Part shown: in pieces, positions 1 to 9,571 of the stretch
How the letters are laid out: each line of letters opens with the position of its first letter
How positions within the stretch are numbered: the stretch's first letter is position 1
From: an uncultured Verrucomicrobiae bacterium
Lineage (GTDB): Bacteria > Verrucomicrobiota > Verrucomicrobiia > Limisphaerales > AAA164-E04
Reading direction: 5' to 3'
Length of the DNA stretch: 64,000 bases
Assembly (NCBI GenBank): GCA_943788245.1
Contig: CALSPN010000007.1
Location: forward strand, 47,446-111,445
Translations under genes and position numbers: made by a program
Notes under the pieces: model-generated
The model's database searches: none
Seen by the model: the letters and a program-made list of their open reading frames with translations, nothing else
What the model was told of the DNA's origin: nothing

Positions 1-903
1 GGGCTCTTTGACCGTTGCGGTATGCACGATTGACTGACCTCCACCAGTAATCACATAGTTATGATCGTACAAATGCGCTCTGGGCTGGGAATCATCTGCT
101 CTTTCTCCTATGGGATGAAACTCACGAAAGTCGAGCGCGGTGCCGTCCACCTTGGCATACTTTCCGGTAGGGATCAGTAATTCGTCCGAAGGAGTGTAAA
201 TATCAGCCTTGATAAAAAGTTCATGATTTTCAAAACCACCTTGATCAGCCAGATTAAAGTAGGCGTGGTTGGTTAGATTAACTGGCGTGCTTTTGTCTGT
301 TGAAGCCTCGTAGTATAATTCCACTTCATTCTTGTCGTTGAGCGAATAAGTCACATGCACCGTCAAATTGCCGGGGAAACCTTCTTCCCCGTCGACAGCC
401 TTGTATGTCAGGCGCACTGCAGCGCTGTCTTTTGTAACGGGCAATAGGTCCGCAGACCACACCACTTTGGCAAACCCCTTGCGACCACCATGAATATGGT
501 GAGGACCTGTATTCCGTGTCACTTCATATTCGGTGTTTCCAATGGAAAATTTGGCATGGGCTATTCGATTTGCAAAACGGCCGATAACCGATCCAGCAGG
601 ATAGCCCTTGAGGTAAGGTTCCAACGTTTCCTCTCCAGCGATCACATTCAAATGCTCCAAACCCTTTCTGGGCAAATTGATTGCTGTCATGGTAGCTCCG
701 TATTCAATGAGTTTCAGTTCAACACCATTTACGTTTCGTAAGGTATATTGGTGAATCAATTCACCATCAGGCATGACCCCGAATTGACGCACTTCCAATC
801 GGTTAAAAGAAGCTGAATTTGCAGATTGTTGTGAATGTGTTTCGGCTGAATGTTGCATGATAAAGGCCACTGCGGCGAGCAAGGTAATTAATGTTTGTTT
901 CAT
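1..903 (-). CDS. galM: Aldose 1-epimerase (galactose mutarotase) with signal peptide; 3' end runs off the window
   Basis: Not in the ORF track; hand translation from ATG 903 gives MKQTLITLLAAVAFIMQHSA..., then IGRFANRIAHAKF, HGGRKGF, EGFPGNL, TPVNLTNHAYFNL and YDHNY, all GalM motifs. ATGA overlap with the stop of the upstream gene. Confidence 0.92.
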   Translation of the reverse strand, partial: MKQTLITLLAAVAFIMQHSAETHSQQSANSASFNRLEVRQFGVMPDGELIHQYTLRNVNGVELKLIEYGATMTAINLPRKGLEHLNVIAGEETLEPYLKGYPAGSVIGRFANRIAHAKFSIGNTEYEVTRNTGPHHIHGGRKGFAKVVWSADLLPVTKDSAAVRLTYKAVDGEEGFPGNLTVHVTYSLNDKNEVELYYEASTDKSTPVNLTNHAYFNLADQGGFENHELFIKADIYTPSDELLIPTGKYAKVDGTALDFREFHPIGERADDSQPRAHLYDHNYVITGGGQSIVHTATVKEP

Positions 904-3900
904 TGGATTTCTAATAACTCATTTTCACTCCAGGGAATCTCTCTACCAGAGGTCATTTCCCTGACCATCTCCACATCGACAGGCATGATCCATTCGGCAT
1001 GTTCTTCCCATTCATTTCGAATGAAATTAAGAATGGAGCTCAATTGAGAATCTTCAAGCACAGAGAGTGGCGGCATTTCAGTCAGAATTTCGGGAGATTC
1101 ATAGCGTTTACCCCTAACATGCAAGGGGCCCTGCATGCCATGCAATACGATCCGGATTAGACGCGCAGAGGATCCTCTCACCCATTCCGATCCCTTCAGG
1201 GGTGGAGCGACGGCTTTGAGTCCCTCTCCATCTGTACCATGACAACCTGCGCATATTTGTTGGTAAAGGGCTTTCCCTTGCTCTGAGGAGACGGTCTCTC
1301 GATGAACGAATTTGCCTCCCCTTTCTGTTTCTTGGTTAGAAGCATACAATGAGTGACCAGGCCATCTCATGTGAATGGACATTTTTTCAATCAAATCCCG
1401 AACGACCGATGATGGATGATGGGTCAGGGATTCCCACACGGAAGGCCGGTGTGAAAAAACGACTGAATTCCCGTTCCCATACTGGAGTTCCTCCAGCGCG
1501 CCACTCAACAAACTTTCAGCGCGCCATGTGAGTTCCCCTGATTGAGTTTCAACTGTATCCAAAAATAATCCAAAACTGGCCACCCCCTTCTTTGCAGCCA
1601 CTGCTTTGGCTAAAGACCGCAACATCAGTACACGACCCGAAGATGACTTACTCCAGTCAGACCGTTTCAAGATATGCTGAAGAAAAGTAACTTCCCACTC
1701 ATGCAAACCACTCATCAACGCCTCTCGAATCAACCTTTCCTCGCAATGATCAGAGGCTAATTGAGCCATCAACGGCAAGGCCTGAGGCATGGATAAATTT
1801 CCAGCAGTTAACGCAGATTGAAACAAAACTGGCCTCGCATAGGAATCGAACTTTTTTTCCAATTCAGCTAACAATTCAGCCTGGAAAAGCTGTTTACCTT
1901 GACTGAGTGATTCACACACTCGAATGGCAGCGGTCTGAATATTAGAATTTGGATGATTTAGAAACGCTAGACAAGCCGCCCAGGTTGCTGGAGTCAAGGC
2001 CGGTGCCTCAAATTCAGAACGGCTATTGACTTCAAAAACCGCTCCATCACCCTTGCGCCTTCTTACCTGGTTTCCTAGCTCAATCAAAAGCCCCTCCACT
2101 GACCAAAGTGCATGAATCGTTCCGACTGAATTATTCGAGTTTTGGGCGACTGAAAGCAAATCTGGAATACAGGCAAGATCACCTGACTCCACAATGAGTC
2201 TTTGCGCCGTATCTCGTATCCAACCATCCGAGTGATCCAGCAATCTGGCAAGATCCCTGCCCGACAAGACAGACATATCGAGTGGCACGCGTGGCTGTTT
2301 CTGTTGATGCACGATACGATACAATCGACCGTGGTGAATACCCTCATCAAGGTTTCGTTCTAGGGTTTCACGGCGAAGGTAGTCGGTCATGAACATCCCA
2401 TATTGTGCAATTCCGCGGTACATATCCAGCAACCACAAACAACCATCGGGACCAGAATAAAGATTCACAGGCCGAAAACGTTCATCGATTGAGGATAAAA
2501 ACTCAAAACCTTCGTAAGCCTGCTTTGCAGACAACGTCATTCCCCTATCTGAGACATGATTCCGCTTGACTATGTTAGCTGCCGGATCGCAAACAAAGGC
2601 ATTCCCAACATAATCTTCACCATACTGATCACCTCGATATATCACAGGACTGCAAGAGGAAGCAAACACATGAAGGCGCCCCGATGCGTCTAGCACATCA
2701 GGTAAGTACCCACGGTTGACAGCTGTGTTCATGCGACTCGTATAAACACGCTGATCCGTCGCCACGAAGAGATTCAATCCTGCTGTTGAACGATAATTTT
2801 GATTACGCCCCATATAATTTGGAGGTGTGAAGTCACCCAGCAATTGGCTGTTGTTCACGTTGTAAAACAATCGACCATACGAATCCTGTGTCATTCCCCA
2901 TTGCCCCCGGATCTGAGTTCGTTCCCGCACCCATTGGCCTTGAATAAAGCGATAGCGCCAGGGGGATCTTCCATTGTATATCCAATTATCCATCGCACGC
3001 ATCAAACCATTGGGGGCATGTTCAATGTTGCTTCGCCCATAATCCGCATCCAGTAAAGCCCGAAGGTCTGCGCGCCCGTCCTGATCGGTGTCCTTTGCAA
3101 AATAAAGTTGATAATCTTCAACAAAAAGAATACCTCCATTGCATGCCAAAACCGCCCGGGGTAACACGAGTTTGTCCAGAAAAACACTCGACTCATCTAT
3201 AACTCCATCGCCGTTGGTGTCTTTCAATAATGAAATACGGCAGATGGGTGCCAATTCTCCCGTGCGATCAATGTCCAGCATGAAACTTCGCATTTCGACG
3301 ACGTAGGAATTTCCATTCTCATCGAAAGACAGGGCAACCGGGTCTTGAATCATGGGTTCTGAAGCAGCCAGTTTGATTTCAAAACCATCGACCAATTGGA
3401 TTGATTCAATGGCAAGAAGCGGGGGAAGAACGGGTGAAGGAGATGAATCGGGGAGTCCGGGAATGGGGCCTTGAGCGCTGATCACACTGGCGCCACTCAT
3501 GTTGGTTCTGGGAAATACTTTTTGAAACCCAGTCACCATGCAGCTTTCATTTAAGGTCTTTGGAACCCCCTCACTGCTCCAATCTTGAAACCAGTGGTCT
3601 GTTACCGTTTCAAATTCTGCTTTATCCAGTGCTCCGTCTCTGTCCACATCCAGAGCAAGGAAAAACACCAGGAATTGACTTGGGGTCATACTACGAGAGC
3701 GCTTGCTTGTTGTTTCTCGACCTGAGAGCAAAGGAGGCATGCTTACCAAAAATTCCTCACGACTCAAACGCCCTGATTCGCCGGCATCCATACGGGTGTA
3801 CCACTGCCGGGTGATTGACTCCCATTCTTCAGAAGCAAGCAAACCGTCTTTGTTTAAGTCACCTTGATCAAGCAGACTGCTGGACAGAAATTCTGCAGAG

Positions 3901-4004
3901 GATTTCCTGCGTTGATTTTGTGCATGTGCAGACTCAAGACCAATTGCCCCGAGGAGACTCAAAAGGAGTAACAGCTTGATGACATTGGAATCGGCTTGCA
4001 TCAT
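900..4004 (-). CDS. PVC-type membrane-bound dehydrogenase-domain protein: signal peptide, EF-hands, beta-propeller dehydrogenase domain, HEAT-like repeats, C-terminal cytochrome c
   Basis: GFEIKLAASEPMIQDPVALSFDENG, FRPVNLYSGPDGCLWLLDMYRG and GRLYRI are typical of the family; CAGCH heme motif with distal MPP; DxDxDG-type loops near the N-terminus. Confidence 0.88.
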   Translation of the reverse strand: MMQADSNVIKLLLLLSLLGAIGLESAHAQNQRRKSSAEFLSSSLLDQGDLNKDGLLASEEWESITRQWYTRMDAGESGRLSREEFLVSMPPLLSGRETTSKRSRSMTPSQFLVFFLALDVDRDGALDKAEFETVTDHWFQDWSSEGVPKTLNESCMVTGFQKVFPRTNMSGASVISAQGPIPGLPDSSPSPVLPPLLAIESIQLVDGFEIKLAASEPMIQDPVALSFDENGNSYVVEMRSFMLDIDRTGELAPICRISLLKDTNGDGVIDESSVFLDKLVLPRAVLACNGGILFVEDYQLYFAKDTDQDGRADLRALLDADYGRSNIEHAPNGLMRAMDNWIYNGRSPWRYRFIQGQWVRERTQIRGQWGMTQDSYGRLFYNVNNSQLLGDFTPPNYMGRNQNYRSTAGLNLFVATDQRVYTSRMNTAVNRGYLPDVLDASGRLHVFASSCSPVIYRGDQYGEDYVGNAFVCDPAANIVKRNHVSDRGMTLSAKQAYEGFEFLSSIDERFRPVNLYSGPDGCLWLLDMYRGIAQYGMFMTDYLRRETLERNLDEGIHHGRLYRIVHQQKQPRVPLDMSVLSGRDLARLLDHSDGWIRDTAQRLIVESGDLACIPDLLSVAQNSNNSVGTIHALWSVEGLLIELGNQVRRRKGDGAVFEVNSRSEFEAPALTPATWAACLAFLNHPNSNIQTAAIRVCESLSQGKQLFQAELLAELEKKFDSYARPVLFQSALTAGNLSMPQALPLMAQLASDHCEERLIREALMSGLHEWEVTFLQHILKRSDWSKSSSGRVLMLRSLAKAVAAKKGVASFGLFLDTVETQSGELTWRAESLLSGALEELQYGNGNSVVFSHRPSVWESLTHHPSSVVRDLIEKMSIHMRWPGHSLYASNQETERGGKFVHRETVSSEQGKALYQQICAGCHGTDGEGLKAVAPPLKGSEWVRGSSARLIRIVLHGMQGPLHVRGKRYESPEILTEMPPLSVLEDSQLSSILNFIRNEWEEHAEWIMPVDVEMVREMTSGREIPWSENELLEIQ

Positions 4005-4044
4005 GTAACTGTGCCCGTATGCACAATGAGCACGAGGGCGTTAC

Positions 4045-4983
4045 TCAATTGAAAGGTGATACACCGGCAGTGCGCATGCGAATACCAAACACGGCTTTGC
4101 TGGCGGTGATGAAAAGGAGTCTGCCATCAGATCCACCAAAGGTCACATTCGCGGTCCAGCCTACAGGCACAGGAATAGATTGTATCTTTTCACCCTCAGG
4201 GTCAAAGACAGTCACACCGCGACCAGTGAGGTAAACGTTACCCTCGTTGTCAATGGTCATGCCATCAGACCCCATCTCGCAAAAAAGCTTTTTTCCCTTG
4301 AGACTGCCATCTGCCTGAATTCGGTAGGAATAGGTTTTTCCGGCGCGAATATCAGCAACGTAAAGCGTTTTTCCATCTGGTGTTCCGATAATACCATTAG
4401 GCTGCTCCAAATCATCAGTCACGCGCAGCGGTCGGTTCTTCCCTTTCGACAGATAATAAACATGCTGGCCATCCTGCTGCATGGATGGGTCCCGTTCCCA
4501 ATAAGGTCGCTTGTAAAGCGGATCTGTAAAATAAAGCCCCCCATCAGGGCGAATCCAAAGGTCGTTAGGTCCGTTCAATAATTTGGCATCATGCTCAAGC
4601 ACCAGAACCTTGGCTTTCTTGTCAGGACCTATCGCCCACAATTCATTTCTGCCATCGGCACAGGCAATCAGATCACCAGAAGCATTGAAAAAAGTACCAT
4701 TCGATCTTCCTGCAGGCTTCAACCAATCCGTCAACTCACCTGACCTGGCATCCCAGCGGACAATACGATCATTGGGCTGATCGGTAAAAAAAACATTTCC
4801 TTTATTGTCCGCAGCCGGCCCCTCCGTAAATTTAAAATCATTGCCCAATTGTTGTAATTGAGCACCGGGCGCAGTCACGGTAAGTGTTTTTTCGCGCAGA
4901 CTTGAGTCCTGTGCGATGCAGGTATGGATAGTAAAAACCCCCAAAGCAAGAGACATCCATCGAGTCGTAGATTGTTTTTTCAT
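4045..4983 (-). CDS. SMP-30/gluconolactonase family protein, exported
   Basis: FTEGP, NGPNDL, QPNGI, SDGMTIDNEGNVY and NVTFGG motifs; N-terminal signal peptide. Confidence 0.92.
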   Translation of the reverse strand: MKKQSTTRWMSLALGVFTIHTCIAQDSSLREKTLTVTAPGAQLQQLGNDFKFTEGPAADNKGNVFFTDQPNDRIVRWDARSGELTDWLKPAGRSNGTFFNASGDLIACADGRNELWAIGPDKKAKVLVLEHDAKLLNGPNDLWIRPDGGLYFTDPLYKRPYWERDPSMQQDGQHVYYLSKGKNRPLRVTDDLEQPNGIIGTPDGKTLYVADIRAGKTYSYRIQADGSLKGKKLFCEMGSDGMTIDNEGNVYLTGRGVTVFDPEGEKIQSIPVPVGWTANVTFGGSDGRLLFITASKAVFGIRMRTAGVSPFN

Positions 4984-5185
4984 AAGGAATGTGATGATTG
5001 TAGATGAGCACGATAAGCACGCAATCCTTGAATGGGGGCTCGTGTAAAAAACTCACCTGAGCCTGGGCACAGCGCAGGACGCAACTCCAACTCTTGAGGA
5101 CAGGAGCTTTTACACACCTGATGAACAAGGCGAAAGGCAATTGCTGCCGGTGTCTCGTGATGACGCATTCGCCGACTGGCGCTGC

Positions 5186-6463
5186 TCAGTCGTGTGCTTT
5201 GATCTTGATCACGAATAGCTGTCGAGTCTTGTTGTCAGCGATACCCGGCACAAGAATGGCATCACTTGTTCGATTCCAGCGCGGGGCCGGATCAATGCGA
5301 ATATCTCCAGCAAAAGATCCTTTATCGAAACCCGCGCTTCTTGAGTATGCACCGTCACTTCGCCGATAAATGACGTAATGATTCATCTTGTCTTTTTTGT
5401 ATCCGTTGACGAAATGTTTTCCGTCGGGTGCCAGTGACACATCTCCTTCAGGGTCAGGAAATATCTCGGGATTGCCCAATTGACCCACTAACTCCTGTTT
5501 ATCAACATCATAAATAATTTGCTTACTGTTTCGACGGCCAATCAGCAAGTTTCCTTCGGCCCATTCGGGGTGCCCCCCAATGTGCGTTTCATGGAGTGTC
5601 AAATGAGATCCGTCAGCATGTATGGAGCACGGCATATTGATGCGATTGCCCTTGTCCCCCCTCCAACCGCCGCGAACGAAGAAATATATGCGGCTATTTG
5701 AGCGATTCCAAAGCGTATGATTGATAAACAAACCCTGATTCTCCAGTGAAATTTCTTTGGATTTCAATGCGTTTGCCAGCTGATGATAAGAAACAAGCAA
5801 CTGCTTGTGCCCTGATTCAATAGCAACCTTGAAAATACCATCTTTCATGGGCGAGTGTGAAGAAGCTGACCAATCCAGAGCATCTGGATAACCAGTTACT
5901 GCGCGAAGGCGAGAGAGTCGCCCGTAATTCAACCCAAGAAAGCTGCTTCCATCAGATGCTACACCTCCATTGCCAATAGGAGTGTCCTCATAACGGTATT
6001 CATGAACACGCTGACGGGTTTCAATGTCGTAAAGAACCGTAAAAACCCGACCGGTTTGAAGATTCCGATCATTGAAGAAGAATTGAGATTCCGGTTTGTT
6101 CGGATTCCAATAAAACATCGTGCCCTGCTGTGGATTCCAGGCATGTGTTTTATCGACTGGAATGATTGCGTGATCCTTTTGGGTATCAATGAGAACGATG
6201 GTCGCCGCTTCTTCAGCCAATGGCATTCGGTCTATGGTATTGATTTCCATGGCAAGGATATAGCGTCCACTCGCATTCCACGGAATCGTTTGACATTGGC
6301 CAATGTAACCAAAAAAATGATGCCTTTTTCCTGACGTAATTTGTTCCATGTGCAGTTCGAAGGGAGAGGAAAGATGCTCCTGAGTGAGGGTATCTACTAC
6401 CGTCAGATGGTTGATCCAGAAGACACTGATTAGAATCAAAGTTTTCATTCCGCCGACATGCAT
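5186..6463 (-). CDS. Hypothetical exported beta-propeller protein (TolB/oligogalacturonate-lyase-like)
   Basis: 425 aa ORF; HHFFGY, AWNPQQG, GGHPEW and RIDPAPRWN repeats resemble propeller blades; start may be 6448. Confidence 0.6.
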   Translation of the reverse strand: MHVGGMKTLILISVFWINHLTVVDTLTQEHLSSPFELHMEQITSGKRHHFFGYIGQCQTIPWNASGRYILAMEINTIDRMPLAEEAATIVLIDTQKDHAIIPVDKTHAWNPQQGTMFYWNPNKPESQFFFNDRNLQTGRVFTVLYDIETRQRVHEYRYEDTPIGNGGVASDGSSFLGLNYGRLSRLRAVTGYPDALDWSASSHSPMKDGIFKVAIESGHKQLLVSYHQLANALKSKEISLENQGLFINHTLWNRSNSRIYFFVRGGWRGDKGNRINMPCSIHADGSHLTLHETHIGGHPEWAEGNLLIGRRNSKQIIYDVDKQELVGQLGNPEIFPDPEGDVSLAPDGKHFVNGYKKDKMNHYVIYRRSDGAYSRSAGFDKGSFAGDIRIDPAPRWNRTSDAILVPGIADNKTRQLFVIKIKAHD

Positions 6464-6827
6464 TACTCAAGGCTTGCGCTACTCAGTCCTCATGTCAATC
6501 ACAACTCAACACCTGAGGCATGTTATTCAAATTAGCTTTCAATGCGACCTCATCTAATTTTCATTTTTGGGATAGAATCAGGTCTGGTTCGACCAGCGAA
6601 ACCCTTTTGAAGGTTTCAGGATTATTGAACTATTCATATCGCTCCCGATGCAGCATGGAACAATCACTCATTTTCAGCCTCTAACCAAAACTTTCTCAAA
6701 TTATTATTATTCAATGTTTTCCGGATGCAAACAGTTCTAGAATAAGGAGGATACAGGAAATTAAAAATCTTGATTAAGGAGTTTCTGAAGGGTGGGTCGT
6801 TTGACATTATCAAAGACTCTGATGTGA

Positions 6828-7706
6828 ATGGTTGATATGACAATCACACCATCGAGCGGATGTTTAAATACTCAATCAACTTCAGCAAACGAATACGAAG
6901 ATTATCAATCCACCTCTAAAAGCTACGATCAAACAAGAACATCACTTGGTTTAAAAATACTCTTGGGCACATTTGTGCAGCACGCCGAAAAACAACTTTC
7001 TGAACAACGCCTACTCGATGCGGGTTGCGGAACCGGTAGTTTTCTTCATGACATTGCCGGGAAATTTCAAGCAGCAACAGGACTCGATGCCAATGCCGGA
7101 ATGCTGGAACAGGCGCGGGTCAAACTCGCCGATTTCCAAAATGTCACCCTTTCGAGCGGAACTCTGCCAAAGCTACCTTTTTCCGATGACAGTTTCGATG
7201 CAATGATGGTAAATCAAGTAGTCCATCACCTTGATGTCGACTCTAATTTTTCGAGTCTTCAAGAACTGATTAATGAATCCTACCGAATCCTGGCTCCCGG
7301 AGGTTCTTTGGTCCTTCATACCTCAAGTCAGGAGCAGGTCAGAAATTGTTACTGGTTTGGCTGGCTGATTCCTGAAGCAAAGCATCGGATGGCTGAGCGA
7401 TATGCGCCTGTCCCACAAATCAAGGGCATGCTTCAATCAGCAGGATTCGACAACATAAGGGTGACCGCACCTTTGGAGGCTATGTATGATTTGAATGTTT
7501 ATCTTGATCCAGAGGGTCCCTTTCGTGCTGATTGGCGCGCCTGTGATTCCATGTTTGCTTTGGCGACTGAGGATGAGCTTGAAATCGGATTGAAGAAACT
7601 GCGGTCCGCATGTGATGAGGGAACGGTGCAATCGACCATAGATGAAGCAGAACAATGGCGTCACCGATCTGGTCAGAGCACCTTCATCAGCGTACTAAAA
7701 AGCTGA
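6828..7706 (+). CDS. Class I SAM-dependent methyltransferase
   Basis: LLDAGCGTG motif I, GLDANAGML, LPFSDDSFD and RILAPGG. Confidence 0.9.
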   Translation: MVDMTITPSSGCLNTQSTSANEYEDYQSTSKSYDQTRTSLGLKILLGTFVQHAEKQLSEQRLLDAGCGTGSFLHDIAGKFQAATGLDANAGMLEQARVKLADFQNVTLSSGTLPKLPFSDDSFDAMMVNQVVHHLDVDSNFSSLQELINESYRILAPGGSLVLHTSSQEQVRNCYWFGWLIPEAKHRMAERYAPVPQIKGMLQSAGFDNIRVTAPLEAMYDLNVYLDPEGPFRADWRACDSMFALATEDELEIGLKKLRSACDEGTVQSTIDEAEQWRHRSGQSTFISVLKS

Positions 7707-8175
7707 AACATCCATGGCTGCTGTGGCTGTAATCACATCTGGCATTATGACAGGATAGGCGTGCTTTGGTAAATGATCACAGACAGGGAATACAAACATC
7801 CATTGGATGAAAAAAGTAACTTTTTCAATGTCCGTTCAGTCGATAGCGACGATTTGATAGGAGTGATTCAGCGTGAAAGGATGGATCATGCCCCGGCAGC
7901 TATCAGTTGCTCAGGGCTTCGAATGAGTCAAACCTGCGGAACACGAAACGGTTGCAAAACTTTGCAAGAAACTGGAATTAAGTGACAGCTATGCGGGAGG
8001 ATTGATTGAAACCGGTACGCAAAAACATGGAGAGTCAAACCGCCCCCCAGATAATGCAACCGGAATAAGATGGCTGGCGTTCCTCATGGATATGGCGCAG
8101 AAACCGGAGATGCTTCTGATCAGTAAATAGCTCTTCTCAAAGATCTGGGACATTGCGTTGAATGGACCGATTTGT

Positions 8176-9459
8176 TCAAGGCCTTAGCCTGTTAATTTTG
8201 GCCTGAAGACTATTGATGAGACTACTGCATTGTGTCATGAAAATCAAAAATACACGATCACCCCGCAGCGATTCGTGAGTTAACTCTTCCAAAGCCTGTA
8301 TCTTGATCTGCATGATGCGATGAAGCATTCCCTGAAGCGTTTCAAGCGAATGGGAATCGGGATATTTACGCTCAATATCGACAGTCTGTGCCAGCAGGAT
8401 ATCCAGCTTTTCCTTGTCTTTTGAGAGGCGGGCAGTCACCTCTTTTTCATGCTGACGCCGCCATCGATCCCACAAAAGATAGAGACCTGCCACAAATGCA
8501 ACTGCGAGTTCCTTGAGTGCAGCAAGTGATTCCATTACATTGGCCATGTAACCTATTTGATCCGCTGGATGAAAATACTGCATGGCCCTTGGGTGAATTT
8601 TCAAGTCCATCTGCTGCCTGACCTCCTCGATGTTAAGCATGACAGGTGACTGCATGTAGGATGCTTTTTCAAATGAGGCCAGTAGGATTTGATCAACAAC
8701 TTCATGGCTCAGTTCTTCTCTCCCCACCAGCAGTGCGGTGGTTGCCACAGTTGGAATGTCATGGGGGAGTAGAATATCTCCCATGCGGTAAAGACCTTTG
8801 TGTATGACAATCGGTGAAAAAAATGCATTTTTTTCACAGAATGCTTGGGCATATTCTACCGGAATGATTCGGTAATTGCCCGTTTCAAGTAGCTCAATCA
8901 AATCAGAATTCAGAATACCTGCTGTTACGATTGCGGCATCTATCTTCGAATTTCCCTCGAGCTCAGTGAAGTAGGCATATTTAAGGTTCGTGTTGACTTC
9001 GTCCAGCCCATGGAATTGAAGTAATTTCAATGCACTGGCGGCCATACCTGAGCCTGGCATCCCGATGAGTACACTATTTCCCTTCAGGTCAATTACCGCC
9101 TTCATGGAAGAGTCTTTCCTTACAATAACATGAATGAGATCAGTGGATAAGGGAGCTATTATATCCAAGCCATCCAAATCAACAGCGCCACCCTGAATAA
9201 GCGCGAAATCTGCTTTAGCTTCCTTGAGCGCAGTAAAATTCTCCTTACTCCCGGAGCTCGTTAATAATTCAAGTTGTTGGTGAGTCTGTTTTTCCCAAGC
9301 ATGCTTCAATTCCGTTCCTACCTGATGATAAAAGCCTCCGGGCTGGCCAGTCGATAAGACCAATTTATCTGGTATGACATCTCTGGTTGCATAAAAAACT
9401 AATATGGATACAACCAAGATGGAAACCATCAACCACTTGAATTTGGACTGAATCATCAT
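8176..9459 (-). CDS. TAXI-family TRAP solute-binding protein with C-terminal TM helix and helical tail
   Basis: STGQPGGFY, SSGSKEN, ADFALIQ, GMPGSG and IHPRAMQYF; extra TM (LAVAFVAGLYLLW) followed by about 95 aa. Confidence 0.8.
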   Translation of the reverse strand: MMIQSKFKWLMVSILVVSILVFYATRDVIPDKLVLSTGQPGGFYHQVGTELKHAWEKQTHQQLELLTSSGSKENFTALKEAKADFALIQGGAVDLDGLDIIAPLSTDLIHVIVRKDSSMKAVIDLKGNSVLIGMPGSGMAASALKLLQFHGLDEVNTNLKYAYFTELEGNSKIDAAIVTAGILNSDLIELLETGNYRIIPVEYAQAFCEKNAFFSPIVIHKGLYRMGDILLPHDIPTVATTALLVGREELSHEVVDQILLASFEKASYMQSPVMLNIEEVRQQMDLKIHPRAMQYFHPADQIGYMANVMESLAALKELAVAFVAGLYLLWDRWRRQHEKEVTARLSKDKEKLDILLAQTVDIERKYPDSHSLETLQGMLHRIMQIKIQALEELTHESLRGDRVFLIFMTQCSSLINSLQAKINRLRP

Positions 9460-9571
9460 TATTTTCTTCTTCTGGATAATTTCAGGGGACTCGGGTCTTG
9501 CTGCCTCTTCGTCAAAAGAAGATTGGGCAGAAACAAAAAGTTGATGTTACCCTTTCACCGAACTTGTCTAC

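Noticed and set aside
5112-5153. Hammerhead-like string CTGATGA-ACAAGGC-GAAA-GGCA...TGCC
   Set aside because: Stem II cannot pair and the required U-H cleavage dinucleotide is missing; probably chance.
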